NCBI GenBank assembly: GCA_963848405.1
Contig: CAWKDP010000018.1
Location: 65,857-129,856, forward strand
DNA from: an uncultured Actinomycetes bacterium
Lineage (GTDB): Bacteria > Actinomycetota > Thermoleophilia > Gaiellales > Gaiellaceae
Reading direction: 5' to 3'
DNA: 64,000 nucleotides
Below are positions 16,262-24,928 of this stretch, piece after piece. Below the pieces are notes generated by a model. That model did no database searches. It was not told the origin of the DNA and saw only the letters and a list, made by a program, of their open reading frames with translations. The translations under genes and the position numbers were made by a program. Numbering within the stretch: the first letter of the stretch is position 1; every line of letters starts with the position of its first letter.

Positions 16262-17419
16262 ATGACTCGCATGGAATCGAAGGTCGATCGCAGAAGCCTC
16301 GGTCTCGTCGCGCTCCTGGCCGCAGTCCTCGCGACGGTCCTCCCCGCTGTCGCGATGTCAGCGCAGACGAAGAAGGCGCGCGGCGACAGCGCCGTCACGA
16401 AGTGGATCGACGTCGAGCTTGCGGAGATCACGTCCCACCGCACGAACCCGCCGCGTGCGGCGCGCGCGCTCGCGCTCGTGAGCGTCGCGATGCGCGACGC
16501 CGCCCGCGTGCCCAACGGCCTGCAGGACGCGACGGTCGCCGGCGCGGCATCCGCCGTGCTCTCGTACCTGTTCCCCGACCGCGCCGCCGCCTTCGACGAG
16601 CTCGCGCGGCGCGAGCATCCACGAAAGGCCGTCGAGCTCGGCCGCAGGATCGGCGAGCGCATCGTCGCCAGGGGCTGGACGGACGGCTCGGACGCCGTCT
16701 TCCAGGGCACGCCGCCGGTCGGCGCCGGGCTCTGGGTGCCTACCCCGCCCGGTCTCATGCCGCCGCTCGAGCCGCTCGCCGGCACGTGGCGGCCCTGGAA
16801 CCTGAAGTTCGGGTCCCAGTTCCGCCCAGGGCCGCCGCCGGCGTTCGGCACCGCGGCCTACGCGGCCGAGACGCGCGAGGTCTACGACGTCTCGCAGTCC
16901 CTGACCGACGAGCAGAAGCGGATCGCAGACTTCTGGGCGGACGGAGCCGGCACCGTGACGCCGCCCGGTCACTGGAACCAGATCGCGCTCGACCTCGTCC
17001 GGAGCGAGCGGCTGTCCACGCGCGCCGCCGCCGAGGTGCTCGCGGCGCTGAACACGGCGCAGGCGGATGCCTTCATCGCCTGCTGGGACTCCAAGTTCAG
17101 GTACTGGTCCGAGCGGCCGGTGACCGCGATCCGTCGCGAGCTCGACCCGACCTTCACCCCGTACATCACGACGCCGCCCTTCCCCTCCTACGTCTCCGGG
17201 CACTCGACCACGTCCGGGGCGGCGTCCGAGGTGCTGGCTCGCTACTTCCCGCGGGATGCGCGCGAGCTGCGCGCGATGGCGGAAGAAGCTGCAATCTCAC
17301 GCCTGTACGGCGGCATCCACTTCCGGAGCGACAACGACTCCGGGCTCGCGCTCGGCAAGAAGGTGGCAGGCGCCGCGATCGCGGCTTACGACGCCGCGCC
17401 CGTCAAGAAGAAGCGCTAG
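16262..17419 (+). CDS. secreted PAP2-superfamily protein, vanadium-haloperoxidase / acid-phosphatase-like
   Basis: Track ORF 16118..17419 trimmed to ATG 16262, because the upstream part is translated repeat array. Signal peptide MTRMESKVDRRSLGLVALLAAVLATVLPAVAMSA. PAP2 motifs SERPVTAIR, PSYVSGHS, SRLYGGIHFRSD. Confidence 0.8.
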   Translation: MTRMESKVDRRSLGLVALLAAVLATVLPAVAMSAQTKKARGDSAVTKWIDVELAEITSHRTNPPRAARALALVSVAMRDAARVPNGLQDATVAGAASAVLSYLFPDRAAAFDELARREHPRKAVELGRRIGERIVARGWTDGSDAVFQGTPPVGAGLWVPTPPGLMPPLEPLAGTWRPWNLKFGSQFRPGPPPAFGTAAYAAETREVYDVSQSLTDEQKRIADFWADGAGTVTPPGHWNQIALDLVRSERLSTRAAAEVLAALNTAQADAFIACWDSKFRYWSERPVTAIRRELDPTFTPYITTPPFPSYVSGHSTTSGAASEVLARYFPRDARELRAMAEEAAISRLYGGIHFRSDNDSGLALGKKVAGAAIAAYDAAPVKKKR

Positions 17420-17661
17420 GACGCCCGCTCGGCCGGCAGGCTGAAGCCCGTCGCCAGTCCGAAGCTCTGCAGTACCCGCGCCTGCCAGTCCGGGTTGTTG
17501 CCGATGCAAGCCGGGCAGGCTCGAAGCGTCGAGCCGTGGACGCCCGGATTGTCGACGTGCGTGCCCGGAGGTAGCTCGATGCGTCCCCAGGCTGCTCCGG
17601 AGACGAGCCCGTCCGCCTGTTTTCTGCTGCAGATCACGCAGTGGAGATACAGGCGCGACAT
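17416..17661 (-). CDS. small zinc-ribbon-like protein (CxxC..CxxC)
   Basis: MSRLYLHCVICSRKQ..LRACPACIGNNPDW. Lies 14 nt downstream of the 50-aa ORF. Its stop shares CTAG with the PAP2 gene stop. Confidence 0.45.
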   Translation of the reverse strand: MSRLYLHCVICSRKQADGLVSGAAWGRIELPPGTHVDNPGVHGSTLRACPACIGNNPDWQARVLQSFGLATGFSLPAERAS

Positions 17662-17675
17662 GCGGCGAAGGGTAC

Positions 17676-17828
17676 TTACCCCCAGGGGCCGATGAAAGGT
17701 CCGTCGAGGTCGGTCAGCAGGATGACGACGACGATCACGATGCAGAGCAGGGAGAAGCCCAGCATGAAGGGCGCGACCCGCGGACTCTCCTTCTGCAGCG
17801 GCGGGAAGTCGATCTGCTTCTCGGCCAT
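17676..17828 (-). CDS. 50-aa single-TM protein (below the track's ORF size cut-off)
   Basis: Hand translation: MAEKQIDFPPLQKESPRVAPFMLGFSLLCIVIVVVILLTDLDGPFIGPWG*. GGAGGGAGGAG lies immediately upstream of ATG 17828. Confidence 0.55.
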   Translation of the reverse strand: MAEKQIDFPPLQKESPRVAPFMLGFSLLCIVIVVVILLTDLDGPFIGPWG

Positions 17829-17841
17829 GTGCTCCTCCCTC

Positions 17842-18066
17842 CTACGCTCCGGGGCCGGGGCGGTCGAGCGCGCCCGATGCCCGCAGCCGGTCGGCCTGCC
17901 GTCGCAGCTTCTGATTCTCGAGCCGCACGAACCCCCAGAACGCGATCAGCATCGCTGCGAACCCGAGCGCCGTGAGGATCCAGGTCCCCGTCGAGCCTTC
18001 GCCCCCGAAGGTCCAGAACTCGGCGATGTCCTCGCTCCACTCGTCGTACGGGAAGGCGTCGAACAT
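17842..18066 (-). CDS. 74-aa single-TM protein downstream of amt
   Basis: MFDAFPYDEWSEDIAEFWTFGGEGSTGTWILTALGFAAMLIAFWGFVRLEN.. GAGGAG lies 7-8 nt upstream of ATG 18066, overlapping the amt stop. Confidence 0.6.
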   Translation of the reverse strand: MFDAFPYDEWSEDIAEFWTFGGEGSTGTWILTALGFAAMLIAFWGFVRLENQKLRRQADRLRASGALDRPGPGA

Positions 18067-18069
18067 CGC

Positions 18070-19560
18070 CTAGCTCCTCTCTCCCGTGCCGGTCGGGACC
18101 TTGGGTCTGCCGTTCGTCTGCCAGTACGCGTCGAGGAGGACCGGCGCCGCCTCCACCTCGCGCCCGTCCGGCTCGATGACGACCTCCGGCACGCGCTCGA
18201 ACTCGGGGTAGAAGTCCTGGCCGAACTCGGCCAGGTCGAGGCCCTCGAGCTCGACCTCCGCCGGCACGCGCAACAGGTTGAACCGCTTCAGCAGCCAGCT
18301 GACGAAGTACCCGGGCAGGAACGCAAGCGGCAGGAACGCGAGCATGCCCATGAGCTGCCCGCCCATGGACGACTCGACGTTGTTGATCCCGGTCGGGTAC
18401 CCGCCCGCGAAGATGCCGACGAGAAAGGCGCCGTAGAACCCACAGACGCCGTGCACGGCGACCGCGCCGACGGCGTCGTCGATCCGGAGCTTCTTCTCGA
18501 TGATGCCCCCCGCGTACACGGCGAGCATGCCGCCCGAGATCGCGAGCAGGTAGGCGAGCGACGGGTGGTACACGTCCGCGCCCGCGGAGACGGAGATCAC
18601 GCCGGCGAGACCTCCCGACAGCGTCCAGAACGGGTCGCCCTTGCTCGCGAACCACCCGCCCGTGAAGCCGCCCGCGAAACCGATCGTGATCACGAACGCG
18701 ATCGCGCCGAGCGTCGTCGGCGAGAGGTAGATGTTGAGCCAGCCCGGGAACACCGTCGACTGGATGACGAGGCAGGCGGCGTAGAAGCCGTAGAAGCCGG
18801 TGAAGATGAGCATCAGCCCCATCAACGTGAGATGAGTGTTGTGCCCGCGGAAGGTCCGCGCGGCGCCGTCGGCCGTGTACTTCCCGATGCGCGGCCCGAG
18901 GTTCAGCAGGACTCCTAAGGTGAATGCCCCGGCGACGCCGTGGACGACGAGCGACGCGATCGAGTCGTGGAAGCCGAAGCGCGTGACGAGCCAGCCACCG
19001 CCGCTCCAGCCCCAGGCAGCGTCCATGATCCACACGACCGAGCCGAGCAGCGCGCCGAGGATGAGGAAGGCCGACAGGCGGACACGCTCGATGAGCGCTC
19101 CGGACATGATCGAGGCGGTCGTCCACGAGAAGAGGAGGAATGCGAGGAAGAAGACTGCGCTGACGTGATCCTGCAGGTTCGGCCCCATCTGGGCCGCCCA
19201 GGGCGCGGTGTTCTGGCAGAAGCCGCCGAGTATCTCGAGCCCTTCGACGGTCGGGCTGTCGTGCCCGTCCTTCGGCCAGCCCTCCTCGAAGCAGCCGTAG
19301 ATGTACCAGCCGAAGTAGTAGAAGGTCGGCGTGACGACGGCGATCGTCAGGATGTTCTTCATCGCCGTCGACATGACGTTCTTGCGCCGTGACGCGCCAC
19401 CCTCGTACGCCATGAAGCCGATGTGGATCAGCCACATGATCACGACGGTCCAGAAGTAGAACTGCTCGGTCAGGACCAGCGAGTCGAGGTTGACCTTGGT
19501 GTCGATCTCCTCCGGAGTCGGAGCCTGCGCGAGCCAGGTCGGCAGCAGCGACGAGATCAT
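18070..19560 (-). CDS. amt: ammonium transporter (Amt/MEP/Rh family) with about 70-aa C-terminal extension
   Basis: Multi-TM protein. Amt-like stretches MAYEGGASRRKNVMSTAMKN, FHDSIASLVVHGVAGAFTLG and DDAVGAVAVHGVCGFYGAFLVGIFA. GAGGAGGGGGG upstream of the ATG. Confidence 0.9.
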   Translation of the reverse strand: MISSLLPTWLAQAPTPEEIDTKVNLDSLVLTEQFYFWTVVIMWLIHIGFMAYEGGASRRKNVMSTAMKNILTIAVVTPTFYYFGWYIYGCFEEGWPKDGHDSPTVEGLEILGGFCQNTAPWAAQMGPNLQDHVSAVFFLAFLLFSWTTASIMSGALIERVRLSAFLILGALLGSVVWIMDAAWGWSGGGWLVTRFGFHDSIASLVVHGVAGAFTLGVLLNLGPRIGKYTADGAARTFRGHNTHLTLMGLMLIFTGFYGFYAACLVIQSTVFPGWLNIYLSPTTLGAIAFVITIGFAGGFTGGWFASKGDPFWTLSGGLAGVISVSAGADVYHPSLAYLLAISGGMLAVYAGGIIEKKLRIDDAVGAVAVHGVCGFYGAFLVGIFAGGYPTGINNVESSMGGQLMGMLAFLPLAFLPGYFVSWLLKRFNLLRVPAEVELEGLDLAEFGQDFYPEFERVPEVVIEPDGREVEAAPVLLDAYWQTNGRPKVPTGTGERS

Positions 19561-19687
19561 TCGAGCCCCCCTCCTCGGGTGGCACCACAGTCCACGCCGG
19601 GACCGTAAACAGGGGAACCCGAGCGTTCCATGTCCGGCTGTACCGGCGTTCGGGGCTGCGATGTGTGCGAGAGCTACACAGCCGTGC

Positions 19688-19942
19688 TCAGCGCTGCTCG
19701 GTCGCGTCGCCCGTGGTCACGTCCACGAGGAAGGTCTTCGTCCCGACCGCCCGCCCGTCCTCGTCGATGCTCTCGGCCAGGCCGACGACCCAGTAGAGAC
19801 GGGACGGGATCCCTTGCCGCAGCGCGCGGACGACGACGCAGCCGGTCTCGGCGCATGGCTCGAAGCCGGCCTGCTCCGTGGCGATCTCGACCGCTTCCTC
19901 CTGCGAGACCTCCTGGTTCGAGGAGCCACACGTGCGAGCCAC
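19688..19942 (-). CDS. PepSY-like small protein, probably a lipoprotein; start unresolved
   Basis: SQEEAVEIATEQAGFEP..RLYWVVGLAE..KTFLVDVTTGDA resembles a PepSY domain. The in-frame upstream sequence encodes a signal-like LGKVALLALVLLAAVGVARTC but contains no ATG/GTG/TTG. Confidence 0.45.
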   Translation of the reverse strand: MARTCGSSNQEVSQEEAVEIATEQAGFEPCAETGCVVVRALRQGIPSRLYWVVGLAESIDEDGRAVGTKTFLVDVTTGDATEQR

Positions 19943-20042
19943 GCCGACGGCCGCGAGCAGGACGAGCGCTAGCAGCGCGACCTTCCCGAGCGGATGGTCC
20001 CTGATCCCTCGCCTCGGCGCCGGCTCCTCCGGCGGCCGGCCG

Positions 20043-20261
20043 TCACCCGCTGGTTGCGTGCCAGCGTCGGTAGACAGCGTAGGCCCTCAGGAACAGGTAG
20101 CCGATGAAGTGGGTCATGAAGACGAGCAGGAGCCACCAGATCCACCACGCGTAGTGCAGGTCGCCCAGCTCGCGGAGCTCGACCACCGTCAGGTAGAGGA
20201 CGACGGCCAGGGTGAGCACCATCAGGACCGGCGCGAATCCCAGCAGGAGGATCAGGAGCAC
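20043..20261 (-). CDS. hypothetical 2-TM membrane protein
   Basis: MLLILLLGFAPVLMVLTLAVVLYLTVVELRELGDLHYAWWIWWLLLVFMTHFIGYLFL. Hydrophobic, not Arg-rich shadow sequence. Confidence 0.5.
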   Translation of the reverse strand: MLLILLLGFAPVLMVLTLAVVLYLTVVELRELGDLHYAWWIWWLLLVFMTHFIGYLFLRAYAVYRRWHATSG

Positions 20262-20302
20262 CGCGTCATCCTGGGCCAGCGGGCCCGCCCGATCAAGTGC
20301 GA

Positions 20303-20980
20303 TCAGGCCGCGATGCGATCGTCGCTCTCCGCCTCGCGGCGATCCCGCGCGAGCAGTTCACCGATCCGCCGAAGCTCTGCGCGGAGCGCGACGACGTCGC
20401 CGCCGTAGAGCGGGGAGCTGGCGCCGTCCGAGAGCAACCGGGCCGTGCGCGCGACCGCCGGAACGTGCACCGGTTCCGAGCGGAGCAGCGACGCGACCTC
20501 GCGCACCTCCTGCTCCGCGAAGCGGAGCTCGCGAACACCGTGCGGCGGCCGGGTGGCGGGCAGGATCCGGCCCCAGTTCTGCGCGTCGTGGAGCAGTCGC
20601 TCGAGCGAGCGCGCCATGCTCTCGCGCCGCTTGCGCGACAAGAGCCGTCGCCGCTCGTCCCGCACGACGCTGACGGGAACGCGCTCGTAGCCGGCCGCGA
20701 TGACTTCCTGCGCGCGGTCGCGGAGCTGAAAGGTCGCAAACAGGATCGACGCGGCGAGCGCGACCGCGACGAGAGCCGAGGCGCCCAGCACCGTTGGCGC
20801 CGTCTCTACCCCACGCACTGTCCCGACGAGCCCGAGCGCGATCGGGACGAGCGTCACCGCGAGCTGCTCGGCGCGCCGTCTCCGCCGGGCGAGCAGCCGC
20901 ACGAGCACCTCGCCGCGACCGAGCACGGACGCCGCAGCCCGCTCGTCCTCGCATGACAGGTATGAGCGCAGCGACTTCAT
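20303..20980 (-). CDS. hypothetical membrane protein
   Basis: Track ORF 20303..21022 trimmed to ATG 20980 (MKSLRSYLSCEDE). Two predicted TM segments, then a charged helical C-terminal region. I recognise no family. Confidence 0.5.
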   Translation of the reverse strand: MKSLRSYLSCEDERAAASVLGRGEVLVRLLARRRRRAEQLAVTLVPIALGLVGTVRGVETAPTVLGASALVAVALAASILFATFQLRDRAQEVIAAGYERVPVSVVRDERRRLLSRKRRESMARSLERLLHDAQNWGRILPATRPPHGVRELRFAEQEVREVASLLRSEPVHVPAVARTARLLSDGASSPLYGGDVVALRAELRRIGELLARDRREAESDDRIAA

Positions 20981-21088
20981 GACCACCCTTGGCGTTGTCG
21001 ACTCCGGTCGGAACGCCTCCAACTCGAGTGTAGGAACAGCGTTCTAAGGAACCGCTAAAGGAGCCGGCCATGCCGCGTTACGTCCTCG

Positions 21089-22561
21089 TTGCGTCGCCGC
21101 AGTGCAGAATCGCCGTTCGTGACCGAGATCGGCGACTTCGGCGTGATCGTCCTCGCGGTCTCGGCCACCGTCTTCGTCGCGCTGCTCGGGATGCGGCTCG
21201 CAGACCGGCTCTCGCTCCCGTATGCGGCCCTGTTCCTCGTGGGCGCGGCGGTCATCTCCGGCGTCTGGACCGATCTGCAGGACGTGCTCTCGGTCCGGGA
21301 CGTCGAGCGGATCGCGGTGGTCGCACTCCTCGTGATCCTCTTCGACGGCGGCCTGCACATCGGGCTCGGCCGTTTTCGCCGTTCGCTCGGCCCGATCCTC
21401 GGGCTCGGCGTCTTCGGGACGTTTCTCACTGCAGGGGCAGTCGCGCTCGCGGCCCACTACCTCCTCGGCTTCTCCTGGATCGAGGCCGGCCTCATCGGAG
21501 CTGCGATCGCGCCGACCGATCCCGCGGTGACGTTCTCGGTGTTCGGCGCGCGGGAGATCCGCGGCCGCTCGGGAACGATCCTCGAGGGCGAAGCGGGCGT
21601 GAACGATCCCGTTGGGATCGCGCTCATGATCGGGATGATCGAGCTCGCCGAGGAGAGCGACGGCAGCCTGTGGATCGTCGCCGAGGAGTTCGCGATCGAG
21701 ATCGCGCTCGGGCTCGTCGTCGGAATCGCAGGAGCGCTGCTCCTGCTTCCGGTCTTCCGGCGAGTGCAGCTCACAGGCCCGGCCCTCTACCCGATCCGCG
21801 TGCTCGCGGGCGCGGGGATCGTCTACGGCCTGGCGGCGATCGTCGGCGGGTCCGGCTTCCTCGCGGTGTTCGTCGCGGGCGTCGTCCTCGGGGATGCTGC
21901 GATGCCGCGCAAGGGCGAGATCGAGAGCTTCCACTCGTCGATCGCGGGAGTGGCCGAGATCGCAGTGTTCGTCGCGCTCGGCCTGACGATCACGGTCGGG
22001 AACCTCGACACCTTCGAGGTCTGGGCGAAGGGGCTCGGGATCGCGGTGATCCTCGCCTTCGTCGCCCGGCCGCTGGCCGTGTACCCGTTGCTCCTCCTGG
22101 CTCGTCTGACGACCGCCGAGCGGGTGTTCGTCTCCTGGGGAGGGCTGAAGGGCGCAGTTCCGATCCTGCTCGGCGCCCTCGCCGTGCTCGCCGGAGTCGA
22201 CGGGTCGAACGAGCTCTACGGGATCGTCTTCATCGTCGTCGTCTTCTCCGTCGTCGTGCAGGGCGTGTCGCTCCCGTATGTCGCCGAGAAGCTGAGGATC
22301 CCATTCCGCCGCATCGACTACGACCTCGCCGAGGTGCTCGAGTTCGTCGTCGGGGAGAGCGCGTTCGCGTCCGGGCGGCGAATCCGGGAGCTCCCGCTCG
22401 GCGAGCGCGCCTGGGTGGGTGTCCTCATTCGCGACGGTCGGCCCCAGCGCGTGGAGGGCGGGATCGTCCTCGAGCCGGGCGACCGCGTTCACGTCTACGC
22501 GCAACCGGAGGACGCGGCGGCGCTCGGGCGCATCTTCGCCGGGACGCCCGGGAGCGGCTAG
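21089..22561 (+). CDS. CPA1 (NhaP-type) cation/proton antiporter with C-terminal RCK_C/TrkA-C domain
   Basis: GAAIAPTDPAVTFSVF..EGEAGVNDPVGIAL. C-terminal part ELPLGERAWVGVLIRDGRPQRVEGGIVLEPGDRVHVYA. Start uncertain (TTG 21089 or GTG 21119). The best SD+ATG (AAGGAG..ATG 21070) is out of frame by one. Confidence 0.85.
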   Translation: MRRRSAESPFVTEIGDFGVIVLAVSATVFVALLGMRLADRLSLPYAALFLVGAAVISGVWTDLQDVLSVRDVERIAVVALLVILFDGGLHIGLGRFRRSLGPILGLGVFGTFLTAGAVALAAHYLLGFSWIEAGLIGAAIAPTDPAVTFSVFGAREIRGRSGTILEGEAGVNDPVGIALMIGMIELAEESDGSLWIVAEEFAIEIALGLVVGIAGALLLLPVFRRVQLTGPALYPIRVLAGAGIVYGLAAIVGGSGFLAVFVAGVVLGDAAMPRKGEIESFHSSIAGVAEIAVFVALGLTITVGNLDTFEVWAKGLGIAVILAFVARPLAVYPLLLLARLTTAERVFVSWGGLKGAVPILLGALAVLAGVDGSNELYGIVFIVVVFSVVVQGVSLPYVAEKLRIPFRRIDYDLAEVLEFVVGESAFASGRRIRELPLGERAWVGVLIRDGRPQRVEGGIVLEPGDRVHVYAQPEDAAALGRIFAGTPGSG

Positions 22562-23874
22562 GACCAGGGGTACGGCGAGCTGGAGACCGGGTGCAGGTCG
22601 CCCGTCGCGAAGCGCTCGAAGCGGAACGGGTAGAGGAGGCGGGAGTGCTCGCCGACGAGGACGGCGGCGACCTCCTTGCCGACGCCGATCATCTTGTAGC
22701 CGTGGTTCGAGTCGAGGATCGCGTACAGGTTCGGGCGGAAGTAGTCGAAGACCGGGAAGTTGTCCACCGTGAACGCGCCGACGCCGCCCGAGCGCGCGTC
22801 CTTGTACAGCGGACGGCAGCCCTCGAAGCGCGCCATCGAGTGTGAGAGCGCCGCGCACCACATGTCCGGGAACGACGGGTCGACGTCGGTCGTGGACGGG
22901 TACGGATCGAGCTCGACGTCCCCGTCGACCACGAGCGGCGAGGCGCCTCCCTGCACGCCGTGGCGGTCGCGCTTGAAGTAGATGCCCCAGAGGTCGTCGG
23001 TGACGAGCGCGCCGTCGTCCGTGTGCAGGGGCGCATCGGTGTCGAGGTGGATGACGGGCGGCGCGCCGCCGTCCGCGGTCGCGAACAGCAGCGGGTCGAT
23101 CGCGACCTCGCCTTCCTGGAGGTTCCAGTACGTCCACATCGGCCGGTCCGGGACGACCTCGCCCGACGGCGTGCGGACGTCGATCGCGTCCGGGAGGCCG
23201 AGCATCAGCCAGAACCGCCTCGCCCACGGGCCGGGCGCGACGACGACCTGCTCGCCGACCTCGATCGAGCCCTCGCTCGTCTCGACCGCCGTGATCGTCC
23301 CGTCTCCTGCGTCCGTGAAGCCGGTCACCTCGACGCCGCTCAGGACCTCGACTCCCTCGGCACGGCACTTTCTGTGCAGGCCCTCGACGGAGTCGAGGTT
23401 GAACGCGAATCCGCCTTGCTTCTCGTGCAGGCAGATGGTCACGCCCTGCGCGCGCCAGTCGGGGAAGAGCGACCGCATGTGCGCAGCGACGGCCTCCGCG
23501 CCCACGATGAGCTCGGAGTCGTAGCCGATGCGCTCCTGCCGCTCGTACGTCGCGGTGAGGTCGGCCTCCTGGACCGACGCGCCGAGCGCGATGTAGCCGA
23601 CGGGGTTGTACGCGTACGCGGCAGGGTCCGACTCCCACACCTCGACGCACGCCTGCATGAGCTCGCTCATCGCCGGCTGGAAGTAGTTGTTTCGCACGAC
23701 CCCGCAGGCGATCCCCGACGCGCCCGCCCCGGGCCTCGACTTGTCCAGCACGACGACGTCCCCGCCGGATCCGAGCCCGCGCGTGCGGAGCTCCTTCGCG
23801 AGGTGGTACGCGGTCGAGAGGCCGTGGATGCCGGCGCCGACGACGACGAAGGAGGACCGCTTCGGTATGTCCAT
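22558..23874 (-). CDS. FAD-dependent oxidoreductase (DAO family, SoxB/amine-oxidase-like)
   Basis: SSFVVVGAGIHGLSTAYHLAKEL..GASGIACGVVRNNY. 438 aa. Substrate not inferable. Confidence 0.8.
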   Translation of the reverse strand: MDIPKRSSFVVVGAGIHGLSTAYHLAKELRTRGLGSGGDVVVLDKSRPGAGASGIACGVVRNNYFQPAMSELMQACVEVWESDPAAYAYNPVGYIALGASVQEADLTATYERQERIGYDSELIVGAEAVAAHMRSLFPDWRAQGVTICLHEKQGGFAFNLDSVEGLHRKCRAEGVEVLSGVEVTGFTDAGDGTITAVETSEGSIEVGEQVVVAPGPWARRFWLMLGLPDAIDVRTPSGEVVPDRPMWTYWNLQEGEVAIDPLLFATADGGAPPVIHLDTDAPLHTDDGALVTDDLWGIYFKRDRHGVQGGASPLVVDGDVELDPYPSTTDVDPSFPDMWCAALSHSMARFEGCRPLYKDARSGGVGAFTVDNFPVFDYFRPNLYAILDSNHGYKMIGVGKEVAAVLVGEHSRLLYPFRFERFATGDLHPVSSSPYPWS

Positions 23875-23890
23875 AGTTATTGCCTAGAGA

Positions 23891-23903
23891 GCAACATTGT
23901 TGC
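23891..23903. promoter_or_regulatory. 13-bp palindrome GCAACATTGTTGC upstream of the FAD oxidoreductase
   Basis: Perfect 6-1-6 inverted repeat 17 nt upstream of ATG 23874. Confidence 0.25.
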
Positions 23904-23954
23904 GCATAGGACGACACGCACCGTACCACCGCGCGGCGCCCGTCGCGATGTGTG

Positions 23955-24443
23955 TCACGACTCCGGCGCCAACCAGACGAGGCACGGCGCGTCGTCCCGA
24001 ATCTTGCGAGCCGCCCGGCGGTACCTGCGACGTGAGATCCGCGTGCGGTCCGGGCCGAGCACGAGCAACCCCGCGCTGCGCTCGCCTGCGAAGGACAGAA
24101 GCGCATCCACGGGGCGCGTCGACCGGAGGCAGAATCGCTCGACGCGCACGCCGAGACCGTGGGCGAGCTCGGCGGGTGCCCGCAACGACGCCTCGACGTC
24201 GGGCGGCGTGATGTAGTCGTACCCGAGGACCAGCCCGCACGGGGCGAGGATCGTCTCGACGGCGTTGACGACGAGCAGCGGCTGGCCCGTCTCGACAGCA
24301 GAGTCGACGCCGAGCCGGGCGGCGTCCTCGAGCAGAGGCGCCTCGAGCGTCGCGAGCAGGACCGGGTGCGCGCCCGTGCCGGACACGGACACGACGTCCG
24401 CCGTACCGGCGTGGCTCCTTCGGCGCCCGCGAGCCCCGATCAC
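23955..24443 (-). CDS. universal-stress-protein-like (degenerate) protein
   Basis: Track ORF 23955..24893 trimmed to GTG 24443 (GTGA overlap with the upstream stop). PLLVVNAVE..AGLLVLGPDRTRISRRRYRRAARKIRDDAPCLVWL resembles the USP C-terminus. Confidence 0.5.
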   Translation of the reverse strand: MIGARGRRRSHAGTADVVSVSGTGAHPVLLATLEAPLLEDAARLGVDSAVETGQPLLVVNAVETILAPCGLVLGYDYITPPDVEASLRAPAELAHGLGVRVERFCLRSTRPVDALLSFAGERSAGLLVLGPDRTRISRRRYRRAARKIRDDAPCLVWLAPES

Positions 24444-24796
24444 TCGGGCCGCAGCTCCCACCGGGGCGCGTTCGCGGCCGCGCGCCGCAGCCTCCGGCGC
24501 CACAAGGGCATGTACAGGATCATCCACGCGACGCCGACGATGACCGCGAGGAACACGTACGCGCTGTCGACGAAGAGGACGAGCGGGGCGAAGACGACGA
24601 GCAGGATGACCGCGAAGGCGAGGATCTCGATCCGGAAGCGCTGCATCTGCCGGTTCCGGGCAAGGTACGCCTCTCTCGGGATCTGCGCCGTGTTCCACCG
24701 GCGGCCGCACTTGGCGCACGTCCAGCGCTCGCCGTAGGCGACGGACGCGCTCTCCCCGCACTCGCACCGGATCGTGATCGGAGGTGGAGGAGCCAC
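24440..24796 (-). CDS. zinc-ribbon protein with two C-terminal TM helices
   Basis: ITIRCECGESASVAYGERWTCAKCGRRW followed by ILAFAVILLVVFAPLVLFV and FLAVIVGVAWMILYMPLW. Confidence 0.6.
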   Translation of the reverse strand: MAPPPPITIRCECGESASVAYGERWTCAKCGRRWNTAQIPREAYLARNRQMQRFRIEILAFAVILLVVFAPLVLFVDSAYVFLAVIVGVAWMILYMPLWRRRLRRAAANAPRWELRPE

Positions 24797-24928
24797 CGCG
24801 CCGATTGTACGAGCCCGAAGTCGACCAGTGACTTTCGCGCGGCCTCCCTGGATTGAATTCCTCCGAGCAGGGTGTTATAGGTCCCCCGCGCAAGTCGGCG
24901 GCCCGAGACGCTCCCTTGGAGGTTTGCT

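Noticed and set aside
19561-19687. GlnR/AmtR nitrogen-regulator box upstream of amt
   Set aside because: Only loose resemblances are present (GGTTCCCCTGTTTAC on the gene strand, and a TGTGT..ACACA pair). None matches the GTnAC-n6-GAAAC or AmtR consensus well enough to call.
21044-24106. Very long track ORFs (e.g. 21044..24106, 9646..12336, 24875..27412, 4782..6617, 38082..40001, 50942..53545) as candidate giant proteins
   Set aside because: They are Arg/Pro/Ala/Gly-rich low-complexity translations lying antisense or out of frame to genes with clear family signatures. Stop-free shadow frames like these are expected at about 70% GC.
24797-24928. Glycine riboswitch upstream of the APC permease (and upstream of soxD, 9460-9529)
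   Set aside because: I could not find the conserved glycine-riboswitch cores (GGAGAG .. ACCGAAGGGGCAA-like segments) or a tandem-aptamer layout. The soxD leader is only 70 nt.
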